Below are positions 1 to 10,372 of a DNA stretch of 41,632 nucleotides, piece by piece. The position numbers and the translations under genes were made by a program. Each line of letters starts with the position of its first letter. Within the stretch, counting starts at the first letter, position 1. The stretch comes from Octopus bimaculoides. Lineage: Eukaryota. The notes under the pieces were generated by a model that worked only from the letters and a program-made list of their open reading frames with translations, ran no database searches and was not told the DNA's origin. The stretch lies in NCBI RefSeq assembly GCF_001194135.2, contig NC_068987.1, positions 49,587,477 through 49,629,108 on the forward strand, given 5' to 3'.

Positions 1-18
1 TATATATATATACAATAT

Positions 19-800
19 AGATTCAGTCTCAACTTATGGCTCGCCACTTCATCTTTCATGGATATCTCCTCATCACTATCCACACAGCCCTTGCCAGAGC
101 ACATTCTGTGAACCGTGCCTCTGCTCTCTCTCCTCCCACCCACTCTGCCATTGCCTGTCTCCCATTCCCCTCACCTACCACCATCTACCCTGCCCCTGCA
201 ATGCACCATTCTCCGTGACTTCTGGCGAATCCAGTCCAACCCCTCCATCTTGCACTTCTTCCTCAACCTACCCCTTCCCTCCTTCAAACGAGCCCACAAT
301 CTGTGTGATCTCCTGGCCCACAGTTTATTCCCTAATCCTACCTCCCAACTTGGCTCGTTCCCCTGCTCCCACCCACGCTGCCACACTTACCTCTACCTCT
401 CTAACACCACCATCCTCACAGGCACCCATCAGCATCCCTATCATATCACTGACTCCTTTGCCAGCACTTCTAGCAACATCATTTACTGCATCTCCTGCTC
501 TCTCTCCCCTTCTCTGTACATCAATCAGATAGAACACTGTTTGGCTGACCAGTTCATGGAGCACCTCGAAGACATCAGACTCGGCAATGACACCCTGGTC
601 TCGCACCATTTCTGCTCTACCAATCATTCACTACAACACCTGTCTGTGTTCAGATTGTCTTTGCACAAAGGCCATCCGGACTCCTGCCTTTGTCCTCTCT
701 TTGCTCCTTTGCACCACATGAGCTCAACTCCCCTCCTCTCTTCATCTAACTCCCTCCTCTCCCCTCTTCATTTGACACCTACTTCCTCTCTTCACTCCTA
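19..800 (+). mobile_element. Penelope-like element (PLE) 3' fragment: RT thumb/linker plus GIY-YIG endonuclease, frameshifted
   Basis: Two consecutive frames give HGY..IHTALARAHSVNRASAL then PSFKRAHNLCDLL..GSFPCSHPRCHTY..FASTSSNIIYCISC..LYINQ..LADQFMEHLEDIR..VSHHF..NHS. This matches the PLE C-terminal pattern (FxRxxNLxDxL, CxxxRCxxC, IYCIxC, YIG, RFxEH). Confidence 0.85.
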
Positions 801-1195
801 CCCACCTTCTCTCTTCATTGATAGATAAATAAATATATTTGTCACATACCTGTCATAAATATTAGAAATAGAGATAGAAAAAATAAATAAATCCATGTAA
901 AGGGCATAGATACAAACAACATAGAAAGTGAACGTATACACACAAGAAATTTCACGGATGGCCACAACAATATCAACAACACGAATAGCAATGACAGCAG
1001 CAGCAGCAGTGACAACGATGGCAATAACAACATCAACTACCATGATGGCAACACCATGGGCAAACACACAAACACAGAGAGATACAGGAACTGTACCAAA
1101 TTTTCGGGTCTATGGTTAGCAGCAGCACAATGGGTGAGAGGATGGGGCTGAGGGGAAGGCCATACTGTTTCTAAGAACAATGACACAAACACAAG

Positions 1196-1231
<36 letters not shown>

Positions 1232-1284
1232 TGGACACAAACGCATGCGCACATAAGGATACACATCTTAGAAGAACAGAATGG

Positions 1285-1490
1285 AGTAAGTGGAGCAAGA
1301 GCACACACGAAAACGAAAAGTGTTGCTGAAGAGGTCACAGATGTGTGAAGAAAGATTTCCGGACAATAGACATGAGTTAAAATAAAATAAAAAGAGTAGT
1401 AATAAAGGAGTGAAGAACAAATATATAGTGCGTGTAGTTATTTGGCAAAAAAAAAATTGACCATCCCAAAATACAATAATATATATCTAT
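1285..1490 (+). mobile_element. Short dispersed repeat carrying an HHR-like motif (copy 1; copy 2 at about 17310-17505), probable PLE terminal repeat
   Basis: About 200 bp clearly alignable with 17310-17505 (gagcacacacga..aaagtgttgctgaagaggtcacagatgtgtga..gaaagatttc..gtgaagaacaaatatatagtgc..tgaccat.ccaaaatacaa). Confidence 0.6.
1320..1366 (+). ncRNA. Minimal type I hammerhead-like motif, degenerate
   Basis: CTGAAGA-G-GTCACA-gatg-TGTGAA-GAAA-GATTTC. The basal stem II pair is broken (G.A) relative to the copy at 17344. Confidence 0.45.
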
Positions 1491-1496
1491 ATCCAT

Positions 1497-1564
<68 letters not shown>

Positions 1565-2119
1565 CAATCTAACGAATGATAACTCAAATATAATTTAAGA
1601 TGAGACAATTGGTGGACAGTTGAGGGATAAAGATGAAAACAAGCAGGATGACTGTGGGTATGTGAAAACAAACAGGACAACTGTGGGCATACAAAGGAAC
1701 TGAAATAAATAAACAAATAAAATAAGGCCTTAGGGCTGAACAGGAGAGGAAAATAGTCAATGCGAGGAGAATATCCTAAAGGATTAGCAGAGAGACAGTG
1801 AAAGGTGAATAGAACGTAAAATAAGAGAAAATGTAACTGCTTGCTCAGGCAGCTAGCATGAAAATGAAGACAAGACGATGACCACAAGTCATATGTCAGT
1901 ATTAGGAGGAGTAAAGGTGGTAGAGGGCAGAGAGAAACATAGGAAGCAGAGAGGGAAGGCAAAAGAATGTGACAGAAAGCTGCATAGAAGGAATGGAAGA
2001 AAGAGAGAGGAGTTTAGATTAAGATGGATCGAACTCATAGCTATGTGTTCTGAGTGATCAAATGGGTGTGTCTTGTTCAAAAACAGCTAATGGTGGCTTC
2101 CCTTTGAGTCAGTAGATCT

Positions 2120-2364
2120 AGGTTAAAGTAGTGCTGAAAAGTAAACAACTAGTTAAGGCAGGACAAGGATATTTGATTTCATTTAATTAAATCTAAAAAG
2201 TTAGCTTCATAACAAATGGTAAAAATAGTACAAACTGGTTTGTAATATTTTTGTACTATTTTCACCATTTGTTATGTAGCTAAACTTTTAGATTAAATTA
2301 AATGAAATCAAATGTCCTAGTCCTGCCTTGACTAATTGTTTGCTTTACCTCACTATTTTAACCT
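2120..2364. repeat. Long fold-back inverted repeat (MITE-like), about 115-bp arms and about 15-nt spacer
   Basis: 2120-2234 aligns to the reverse complement of 2250-2364 with scattered mismatches, by eye about 85-90% identity. Confidence 0.9.
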
Positions 2365-2624
2365 CTGTGTGTGTGTGTGTGCACACACACATTCACATAT
2401 TCACATACAAATACACACACATACAAATACACACACACACATGCATATGTCTATGTGCGTAGGTATATATATCTTTTATTTTTTTTACTTTTCTCAATCA
2501 TTGGCGATTTCTCAATTTCTCAATCATTGGTGATGGAATACCAGCTTGAAGGTTTTAGTCAAACAAATCAACCTCCAATACCATTTTAGGTTTTATAAAA
2601 TCTGTTCCATATTCTATTGATCTT

Positions 2625-2740
2625 CCTTGTTAAACTGCAATGTCATCGGGACGTAAACAAACCAAAAGCAGTTGTATAACTGTAGGAGCTACAAACACAC
2701 AGAGACACACACACACATGTATATAACAGGCTTCCATACA
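2625..2740 (-). mobile_element. Internal fragment of CORE-type SINE, degenerate
   Basis: gggacgtaaacaaacca..gttgt..acaaacacacagagacacacacac..tatataacaggcttc matches the mid-section of the full copies, e.g. 22880-22995. Confidence 0.5.
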
Positions 2741-2796
2741 CATTATTTACATTATTTACAATTGACGGATATTTGTCCTCATCTTGTTTCTTGTTA

Positions 2797-2840
2797 ACTC
2801 AACGTTTTGGCTGATATACTCTCCAGCCTTCATCAGGTGT
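2797..2840 (-). ncRNA. Minimal type I hammerhead-like motif inside a second short repeat family (about 2745-2890)
   Basis: Minus strand reads ACAC-CUGAUGA-A-GGCUG-(10-nt loop)-CAGCC-AAAAC-GUU-GAGU. Stem II is a perfect 5 bp, but G12 is replaced by A and stem I has one mismatch. Confidence 0.6.
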
Positions 2841-3465
2841 CTTGGGAAAATTTCGAACCTGGGTTCTCATTCCTAAGGTATTTTTCGATGTTGTTATTAT
2901 TATTGTTGTTGTTATTATTATTAATGGCTGCAAGACAAGTTTCATAATCACATAGTCATGCCTGTGTCTGTCATTTTTTACTTTATTTCAATGCCCCCGA
3001 CTTTTTTAAAAAATTTATGTACATAAACAAACAGTAAAGAAGAAAATTTATGAAAAGAGCAAATATGATATCTCAATTTCAACTGGATAAGAATGAATGA
3101 AACAACTTTATTTGAAAATCTAATGTAGGATGATGTGGAGTGAGATAATCAATTATTGGGTTTGGTCTCAGGAAAAAAAAAATTCTTCTAATCTTTCAAG
3201 CTTCACTTTAACCCTTTTGATACTAAAGCCAGTTGAGAGCATCCTTAGTTTATATGATACAAACTTTCTGCTAATAGAAATCTCAGTTAGAGAGTAAACA
3301 AATAATTACTAAAATTTAGAATAAGTTGAGTATTGCAAATTTTAAAAATGTGAGTTGTTGAATGTTAACTTGCTTCAAACTAATCCCTAAAAGACCATAT
3401 ATATATTTTTTTTTCTCTTGTAAATTTCCCTCAATCTGGTTACCCAAATTCTACCCATATCGAAC

Positions 3466-4338
3466 TTCTGAAAATTGTAGTTGAGGAAAAGCCCAAGCAT
3501 ATTGCATGAGAATTAGCAAAACAGTTCAATTAAAGTCACACTTCAATCAAAAAACATGTTTTTGTGAACTAAGAAGGACATCTAAACCTGGTCTGTGGAT
3601 CCCTCATCATCTTACTGGTTGACAGTTTAATCAAAGTGTTGCCTTCTGTTTGTCATTCAAGAGCAGACTTACTCTTGAACTTTTCCTGAATAGAATCATT
3701 ACAAGTGATGAAAAGTGGGTCCTCTATAACCATATCTAATGAAAACAACAATGGGTAGCATCCAATGAAAAAGAGAATCCATCTTTGAACCAGTACTGCT
3801 CTGAAAAACTTATGTTCAGTGTTTGGTGGGATATGAATAGTGTCATCTATCATGAAGTGTTTAACTAAAATAAAACAGCTAATGTAGAGAATGATCTTAG
3901 TCAAATGGAAGTACTGCATAGAAATTTGCTGGAAAAGTGCCCATCATTAGTTAATCATAAAAGTGTATTGCTCTTATGTGATAATGCAAGCCAACATATT
4001 GCCCAAGTAACTCAAAACAAGATTATTGTACTAAATATGGAAGTTTTGCCTCTTGACCTTGCTCAATTTGACTATCATCTTTTCAGATCATTACAGGATT
4101 AATTAGAAGAAAAACAGTTCATTAGTTGTGAAAAGGTTAAAAATGATATGGAGTGTTTCTTTGCTTCAAAACCAGAAAAATTTTACACCCAAGGGATCAA
4201 CAATTTGACAAATAGACGAGCTTATGTTTTCAATAATGAGGTGACATGTTATCTTCATTAAATATATCAATGAAGGCCAAAGACACATTTGTTCCTTATC
4301 CATCTTAAAATGTAACAGCACTTTTCCTCTAACCTAAT
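3466..4338 (+). pseudogene. Mariner (DD34D-type) transposase remnant with 3' end
   Basis: Motifs GLWIPHHL, RIITSDEKWV, MFSVWWD, LLLCDNA, DLAQFDYHLFRSLQ, FFASKPEKFY..GI, with stops and frameshifts. Ends in a mariner-like ..ctaacctaat terminus. Confidence 0.9.
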
Positions 4339-4342
4339 GTGT

Positions 4343-4343
4343 A

Positions 4344-4420
<77 letters not shown>

Positions 4421-4505
4421 GTGTGTATGTATGTATTTATGTATGCATGATGCATGTATGTATGTATGTATGTATGTATGCATACATGCTTACATGCATG
4501 TATGT
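4343..4505. repeat. (TATC)n / (TGTA)n compound microsatellite
   Basis: Direct reading. Confidence 0.9.
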
Positions 4506-4728
4506 TCTTTCTTTCCTTTATTTGAAAAGAGAAGATTTTCCTGAAATATACTTGGATCATTAAACAACTTTTATAAATTGACGCAGTATCAATGTCTTTG
4601 TTTTCAGATATTTTGCTTAATTCTTCACTTGCGTTGCCCAAAGTATTTTTTCAGTAAACATTCGACTCATCTATATATACCTACACACACATGTACACTC
4701 ACACACGCATGCATGCATGCACATATGC

Positions 4729-4766
<38 letters not shown>

Positions 4767-4839
4767 ACCTATACACATTGACACATACACACATATACAG
4801 GATTCATTCCCATCTTCTTAATATTTCTGCTTCAGTTAA

Positions 4840-4990
4840 GGCAGCGAGCAGGCAGAATTGCTAGCATACCAGGCAAAATGTTTAGCAGCTTTTCATCCAT
4901 CTGCACATTCTGAGTACAAATTCCATCAAGGTCCACTTTGCCTTTCATCCTTTAAGAGTTAATAAAATAAGTACCAGTTGAACAATGGAG
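4840..4990 (+). mobile_element. tRNA-derived SINE, family 1 (GGCGGCGAGCTGGCAG head; CTTTGCCTTTCATCC central domain), degenerate
   Basis: Aligns with the intact copy at 21919-22150, with A-box/B-box remnants and ctttgcctttcatcc..aaataagtaccag. Confidence 0.75.
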
Positions 4991-5217
4991 TTATGTCTTT
5001 TGATTTCTAGATAGAAGCAAATAAGAAATAGCACTTATTCGCCAAAGACAAAATGAAATAAAAATTTTGTCAGTGTTATTTGTGTTCCGGTCAAGTGACT
5101 CAAATGATATAGTGGCTTCTTTGTTTGTGTGCTCAAACATGTATGTGCAGTGTGTGTGTGTGTGTGTGTATGCACGCATGCACATGTGCAAGTGCATGAT
5201 ATGGAGAGAGAAAAGGA

Positions 5218-5250
<33 letters not shown>

Positions 5251-5491
5251 GTGGAAAGACTATGACAGAAAGGTGGGCGAGAGAAGATAGAGATAGAGAG
5301 AGAAAGAAAAGGCAATCCTTTGGTATTGGTAGATGATATCATTCACCCACACAACCTTCCCTTATGACATAAATGAAGAGGTTAAGGCTGCAAAAGAGAG
5401 TGAATGGTGTTGTCTCCTCCTACTGACCCTCTAGAGACCCAATACTGAAGGATAGCCAAAGAGAGAGAGAAAGGAAGGGATAGGGAGAGAG

Positions 5492-5528
<37 letters not shown>

Positions 5529-5767
5529 AAGAAAGAAAGAAAGAAAGAGAAAGAAAGAATGAAAGAAAAGAAGAAAAGTATAAGCTGCATTATCAAGATT
5601 CATTGAGGACGTATAAAATTGGCTTCACTCAAATTCATACAACCATTTGACCTTTAAATTGTAACATCATCCTGTCTGTTTTGATTGATATGTTATGGAC
5701 AGGTGACATTTTCTCTTCTCAGCAATGTAATTTAACTCTCCTTGTCTAAATGTCTTCTCTGTGCATT

Positions 5768-6272
5768 TCATATCATCATCATCATCATTGTTTAATATCT
5801 GCCTGCCATGCTAGCATGGGTGGGACGGTTCCACAAGAGCCGGCATGGCAGAAGCCTGCATCAGATTTCTGTGACAGTGTTGGCAGGATTTTTACAGCTG
5901 GATGCCCTTCCTAACACCAACCACTCAGCAGAGTGCACTTACTGCTTTTTTATGTAGCACAAGCACAGACAAGGTGAGTAGTGCTTTTTACGTAGCACAA
6001 GCACAGATGAGGTCAGTTTTGGCGAGGTTTTTACAGCTGGATGCCCTTCTGAACACCAACCACTTTACAGAATGGACTGGGTGCTTTTAAGTGGCACCTG
6101 CACTGACAGGGTCACCAAGTACTTGCAAGACAAAAAAAAAACTTTCAAGAGGGGAGGGGACATTGGAGGAGGTGATCTTGTGTTGGATGATGAAAGGTAA
6201 AACAGAGAGACAGAAACAGGTGTCTTGCTGTATAGGAAGTACAAGGTTACCTGGGTAGAGAGAGAGAGTGAG

Positions 6273-6310
<38 letters not shown>

Positions 6311-6430
6311 CTACTGCAAAGGAAATACATAGTTACCCAACCTGAGGGAAGTGCAGGAGAAGAAGAGAGAGAGAGTAGGAGACAGCAGGATGGTGGCAAA
6401 ATGCTGGGCATACTCACAAGGGCTGGGGGT
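5768..6430 (-). mobile_element. 3' region of RTE-like retroelement with (GAT)n tail and internal tandem duplication
   Basis: (CAT)n on + followed by gtttaa..ccatgctagcatggg..ctggatgcccttcctaacaccaacc. The motif is duplicated at about 5890 and 6030. Homologous to 15900-16305 and 29090-29330. The RTE assignment is from family recollection. Confidence 0.6.
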
Positions 6431-6439
6431 CAGAATATA

Positions 6440-6600
6440 CCATAACATGTATAAGGAAACCCTAATTTTGGGAGCTTAAAATTTGGAAAAAAGGTTTTGT
6501 AAGGAATTATAATACTATCCATGTATAAGAAACTCCAATATTTTTTTAACCTAATTTTTGACAAAAAAAAAAAAGGTTCCTTATACATGTTAAAATATGG
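6440..6600. mobile_element. Tc2/pogo-like MITE with TIRs and TA target duplication
   Basis: TA|CCATA-ACATGTATAAGGAAACC ... GGTTCCTTATACATGTTAAAATATGG|TA. TA dinucleotides are at 6438-6439 and 6601-6602. Confidence 0.65.
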
Positions 6601-6904
6601 TAAATGGGATGGTTGAGTAAAGGAAGAGAGAGATGTTTGTTTAACTTTTGCTCGCATTATTTTGCTTGACTTTTATTTGTTTATTTGCTTTAGTGTGTGT
6701 GTGAGTGTGTTTGTGGAGTGGTGGTTTGTTTTATTTGTTTCATGGGTGAAATGGGGGGTCAAAATAATGTTGAAAATTACCTCGAGAATCTCTAAGAGAT
6801 TTGGTTCAATATTATGTGTGTGCACATGTGCACAAGTCTACTTTATTATTACAACTGTAACAATTATTATCATGACAATGATAATACTGATGATGATGAT
6901 GATG

Positions 6905-6935
<31 letters not shown>

Positions 6936-7312
6936 NNNNNNNNNNGAGGAGGAGGAGGATAAAGATGATTCTTCTTACCACAGGGACATCAGATGAGGGG
7001 GCATTATTAGAAGGGCAGGTTATAAGTTGCATGGAGTGGGGGTTAAAAATGAGAACAAAATGGTTTTCATTATATATAAAATAAGTGGATATGCAGCCTT
7101 CCTGAAATGGGAAAGCCTCTAAACAGGGCCAATCAAGGAATCCCAAAAATCTAGAGTCAACCTGACTCCCGAGGGCACAAGCCCTCACCCAAATGTTGTT
7201 CTTCAATATACAGGCACATGCTTAGAATAGTTCAATTCACTCTAACACTTTTTACCACATTCTCCCCCGACTTTTTGGCAAATTCATCGGAAGAGAGCAC
7301 TTACATCTTTAT

Positions 7313-7503
<191 letters not shown>

Positions 7504-8005
7504 AAGACATTATATTGAAAGACTTCAGACAAAAATCATGCCTCCTCATTGATATGACTGTCCAAATATAAACGTATTTGTCAAGACCTACCAAAAATTG
7601 AGCAAATATAAAGATCTTGAAATAGAAATTAGCAAAATGTGGAACCTGAAGACTAAAACAATACCTGTTGTCATAGGTGCCCTAGGAATGATAGCAACAG
7701 GGGCTAATTGCTACCTAGCTCAGATACCAGGAAACCCCAAAATGGCAGAAATTCAAAAGATAGTGCTCATGGGAACTGCCCATATCCTACGTAAAATACT
7801 GACTATGTAATCTCAAATTTTAAACCAAACTCATAATTTTCTTATGGTTTCTTAAACATTCTCTAGAACAATACTATGTACGAAACCAAATATATGGCAC
7901 CCTAGGTATAACACCAACATGAACTTCTAACTTGTTGTCTCTTGAGGTTTCTGATTGAGACTTGGAGCCAACTTGTACAAATGCAAAGTAAAAGTCAAAC
8001 ATAAC

Positions 8006-8064
<59 letters not shown>
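7504..8064 (+). mobile_element. REL-type LINE 3' end, family A (R4/Dong-like), with 3' UTR and (AAT)n tail
   Basis: KDIILKDFRQKSCLLIDMTV..LSKYKDLEIEISKMWNLKTKTIPVVIGALG..IQKIVLMGTAHILRKILTM*, the PD-(D/E)xK endonuclease C-terminus. Confidence 0.85.
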
Positions 8065-8065
<1 letters not shown>

Positions 8066-8535
8066 TTACCACCCAATGTACGCCACTAGCCCAGAAGGAA
8101 TATAAGAGACGCCACAACAATATAGTAAGGCTTGTCCATTGGACACTTTGCAACAAGTATGGTCTTGACAGAGAAAAAAATCGGTATGACCACAAACCCG
8201 AAGGCATCACCGAAAATGATAATGCAAAGATCTTGTGGGATTTTATTATTCAGTGCGACAATGAGATAGAAAATAGGAAGCCAGACATAGTCTTAATTGA
8301 AAAAGAAAGTAAACTATGCTGGATCATAGATATAGCATCCCCAGCTGACAATAAGGTATGTGATAAGGAAGAAAGAAATGGTGATAGGTATGACAGTTTA
8401 GCTTGGGAAGTAAAGCAGTTGTGGTCGATGAAGAAGGTGGTAGTGGTACCAATAATTGTCGGAGCCCTGGGAACAGTGAGTAAAAATTTCGAGAAGTACA
8501 TGGAACATTTCCAACGTTAGAAGCTGTGCAAAGGT
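8066..8535 (+). mobile_element. REL-type LINE fragment, family B (zinc-knuckle tail plus PD-(D/E)xK endonuclease)
   Basis: Open frame TQCTPLAQKEYKRRHNNIVRLVHWTLC..KILWDFIIQCD..RKPDIVLIEK..IIDIASPAD..VVPIIVGALG. Confidence 0.85.
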
Positions 8536-8557
8536 AATGATAATAATAATAATAATA

Positions 8558-8756
8558 AATACCCTCATGCAGTACCAGGCAGTGACTCTCATAGCTTCTG
8601 ATCTTAACCGATTAGAAGTGTTATCATGTACATTGTTTTGTCTTGGTATAAAAGATGGGCTACGGCAAATATTCTGCTCAATACCTCAGATTTGCTTGTC
8701 AGTTGCTTGACTTTAACCAGTTGAGCATGTCCCTTAGTGGTTGACGATATGTGCAT
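8558..8756. repeat. Unclassified dispersed repeat abutting (AAT)n (second copy 9509-9600)
   Basis: aaat(a/g)ccct(c/g)at(g/c)cagtac..ctctcat(a/g)gcttctgatcttaac(c/t)gattagaagtgt(t/a)atcatgtacat occurs twice, both times directly after an (AAT)n run. Confidence 0.7.
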
Positions 8757-8858
8757 AAATAAGTACCAGTTATGCCCTGGGGTCGATGTAATCGACTTAA
8801 TCCCTTTGTCTAGCTTTGTTTGTCCCCTCTATGTTTAGCCCCCTAAGAAACAATAAAT
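8757..8858 (+). mobile_element. 3' half of SINE family 1
   Basis: aaataagtaccagtta..ctggggtcgatgtaatcgacttaatcc..tttgtcccctctatgtttagcccc matches about 22045-22140. Confidence 0.75.
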
Positions 8859-9508
8859 CATATTATCTCTGGCTGCCCAGTCCTGGCTAAGAAGGAATAT
8901 ATTCACAGACACGACAGAGCTGGGACCTATATACACTGGAAGCTATGCCAACACTATGGAATAACAACAGAAAAAGATGGTATAAACACACGCCAGAAAA
9001 GGTCACAGAAAACGAGAAAGCAACCATACTCTGGGATATGCCAATACACACAGATAGAGAAATTAAGGCAAATAGACCAGATATAGTTGTCAAAGATCAT
9101 GAAGAAAAAAAAATGCTTTCTAATTGATGTATCAATACCAGCAGATGATAATGTTTCCCTAAAAGAAATGGAAAAACTTTCAAAATACAAAGACCTGGAA
9201 ATAGAGGTAACTCGAATGTGGAATCTAAAAACAGAAACAATTCCTATCATAGTAGGTGCCTTAGGTATAATAAAAAAATATTCAGACAAATACATAACAA
9301 AAACACCAGGACTTACAAATATATATAACATACAGAAAATTGCACTACTGGGCACTGCACACATCCTACGCAAAACACTTTTAATGCAGTAACCATAAGA
9401 GCATCACAGCAAACCACAGCATATACCCAAGGCACACAGAGCTGTGCTCGGTAGTGAAGTGAAAGCACGTTATAAAAATAAAACTACTGAACAATAATAA
9501 TAATAATA
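8859..9508 (+). mobile_element. REL-type LINE 3' end, family C, with 3' UTR and (AAT)n tail
   Basis: HIISGCPVLAKKEYIHRHDR..HWKLC..ILWDMPIHTDREIKANRPDIVVKD..CFLIDVSIP..IPIIVGALG..TAHILRKTLLMQ*, with two homopolymer frameshifts. Confidence 0.9.
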
Positions 9509-9600
9509 AATGCCCTGATCCAGTACAAGGTACTGGCTCTCATGGCTTCTGATCTTAACTGATTAGAAGTGTAATCATGTACATGTTTTGTCCTGGTGTA

Positions 9601-9690
9601 GCCATCTGGTTCACCAGTCCTCAGTCAAATCGTCCAACCCATGCTAGCATGGAAAGTAGACGTTAGACGATGATGATGATGATGATGATG
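9601..9690 (+). mobile_element. RTE-like 3' terminal fragment with (GAT)n tail
   Basis: ..tcgtccaacccatgctagcatggaaag..gtta..(gat)n is the reverse complement of the terminus at 5768-5830. Confidence 0.6.
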
Positions 9691-9692
9691 AA

Positions 9693-9826
9693 TCTTTGGT
9701 AATAGGTGCACTTGGTGCAAAATGAAAACTGCAACCTAAGAGACTGAAGGATAGTATAACTGAGACATGCATTGTTGACCTTCAGGAAAGTGGTGCCCTG
9801 TATTCTGCAAGAATCCTAAGAAAGAT
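9693..9826 (+). mobile_element. Short REL-type LINE C-terminal fragment, family D
   Basis: LVIGALGAK*..DLQESGALYSARILRKI resembles the xIGALG..LQK..LL.ARILRK terminus. Confidence 0.55.
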
Positions 9827-9854
9827 TTGTGCCTATAGTAAAAAGGAATATTAT

Positions 9855-10113
9855 GAGCTGGCAGAATCATCAGCACAGTGGACGAAATGCTTAGCAGTAT
9901 TTCACCTGTTGCTTCATTCTGAGTTCAAATTCTGCCGAGGTCAACTTTGCCTTTCATCCTTTCAAGGTCGATAAATTAAGTGCCAGTGAAACACTGGGGT
10001 CAATATAATTGACTGGTCTCCTCCAAAATTTCAGGTCTTGTGCCTTTAGCAGAAAGGATTATTATTATTATTATCATTATTATTATTATTATCATTATTA
10101 TTATTATTATCAT
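9855..10113 (+). mobile_element. SINE family 1 with (ATT)n tail
   Basis: gagctggcagaatc..ctgagttcaaattc..ctttgcctttcatcc..cttgtgcctttagcagaaagg(att)n. Confidence 0.85.
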
Positions 10114-10115
10114 TA

Positions 10116-10326
10116 AGGCGGTGTGCTGGTAGAATCGTTAGCACATCGGGCGAAATACTGCTAAGTATTTTGCCCTTCTTTACGTTCTGAGTTTAAATTC
10201 CACCAAAGTCAACTTTGCCTTTCATCCTTTCAGGGTTGATAAATTAAATACCAGTGAAACACTGAGGCTGATGTAATCGACTATCCCTGCCTCCAAATTT
10301 CAGGCCTTGTGCCTATAGTAGAAAGG

Positions 10327-10371
<45 letters not shown>

Positions 10372-10372
10372 T
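10116..10372 (+). mobile_element. SINE family 1 with (ATT)n tail, head-to-tail with the previous copy
   Basis: aggcggtgtgctggtagaatcg..ctttgcctttcatcc..cttgtgcctatagtagaaagg(att)n. Confidence 0.85.

Noticed and set aside
928-1119. Thr/Ala-rich or Val/Ile-rich ORFs
   Set aside because: Decayed trinucleotide (CAA/CAG) repeat with no splice or homology support.
1560-2085. Third PLE fragment on the minus strand
   Set aside because: The pyrimidine-rich composition resembles PLE tails, but no convincing protein motif was found.
3208-3400. piggyBac-like MITE starting ttaa|cccttttgatac
   Set aside because: No matching right-hand TIR was found, so it cannot be delimited.
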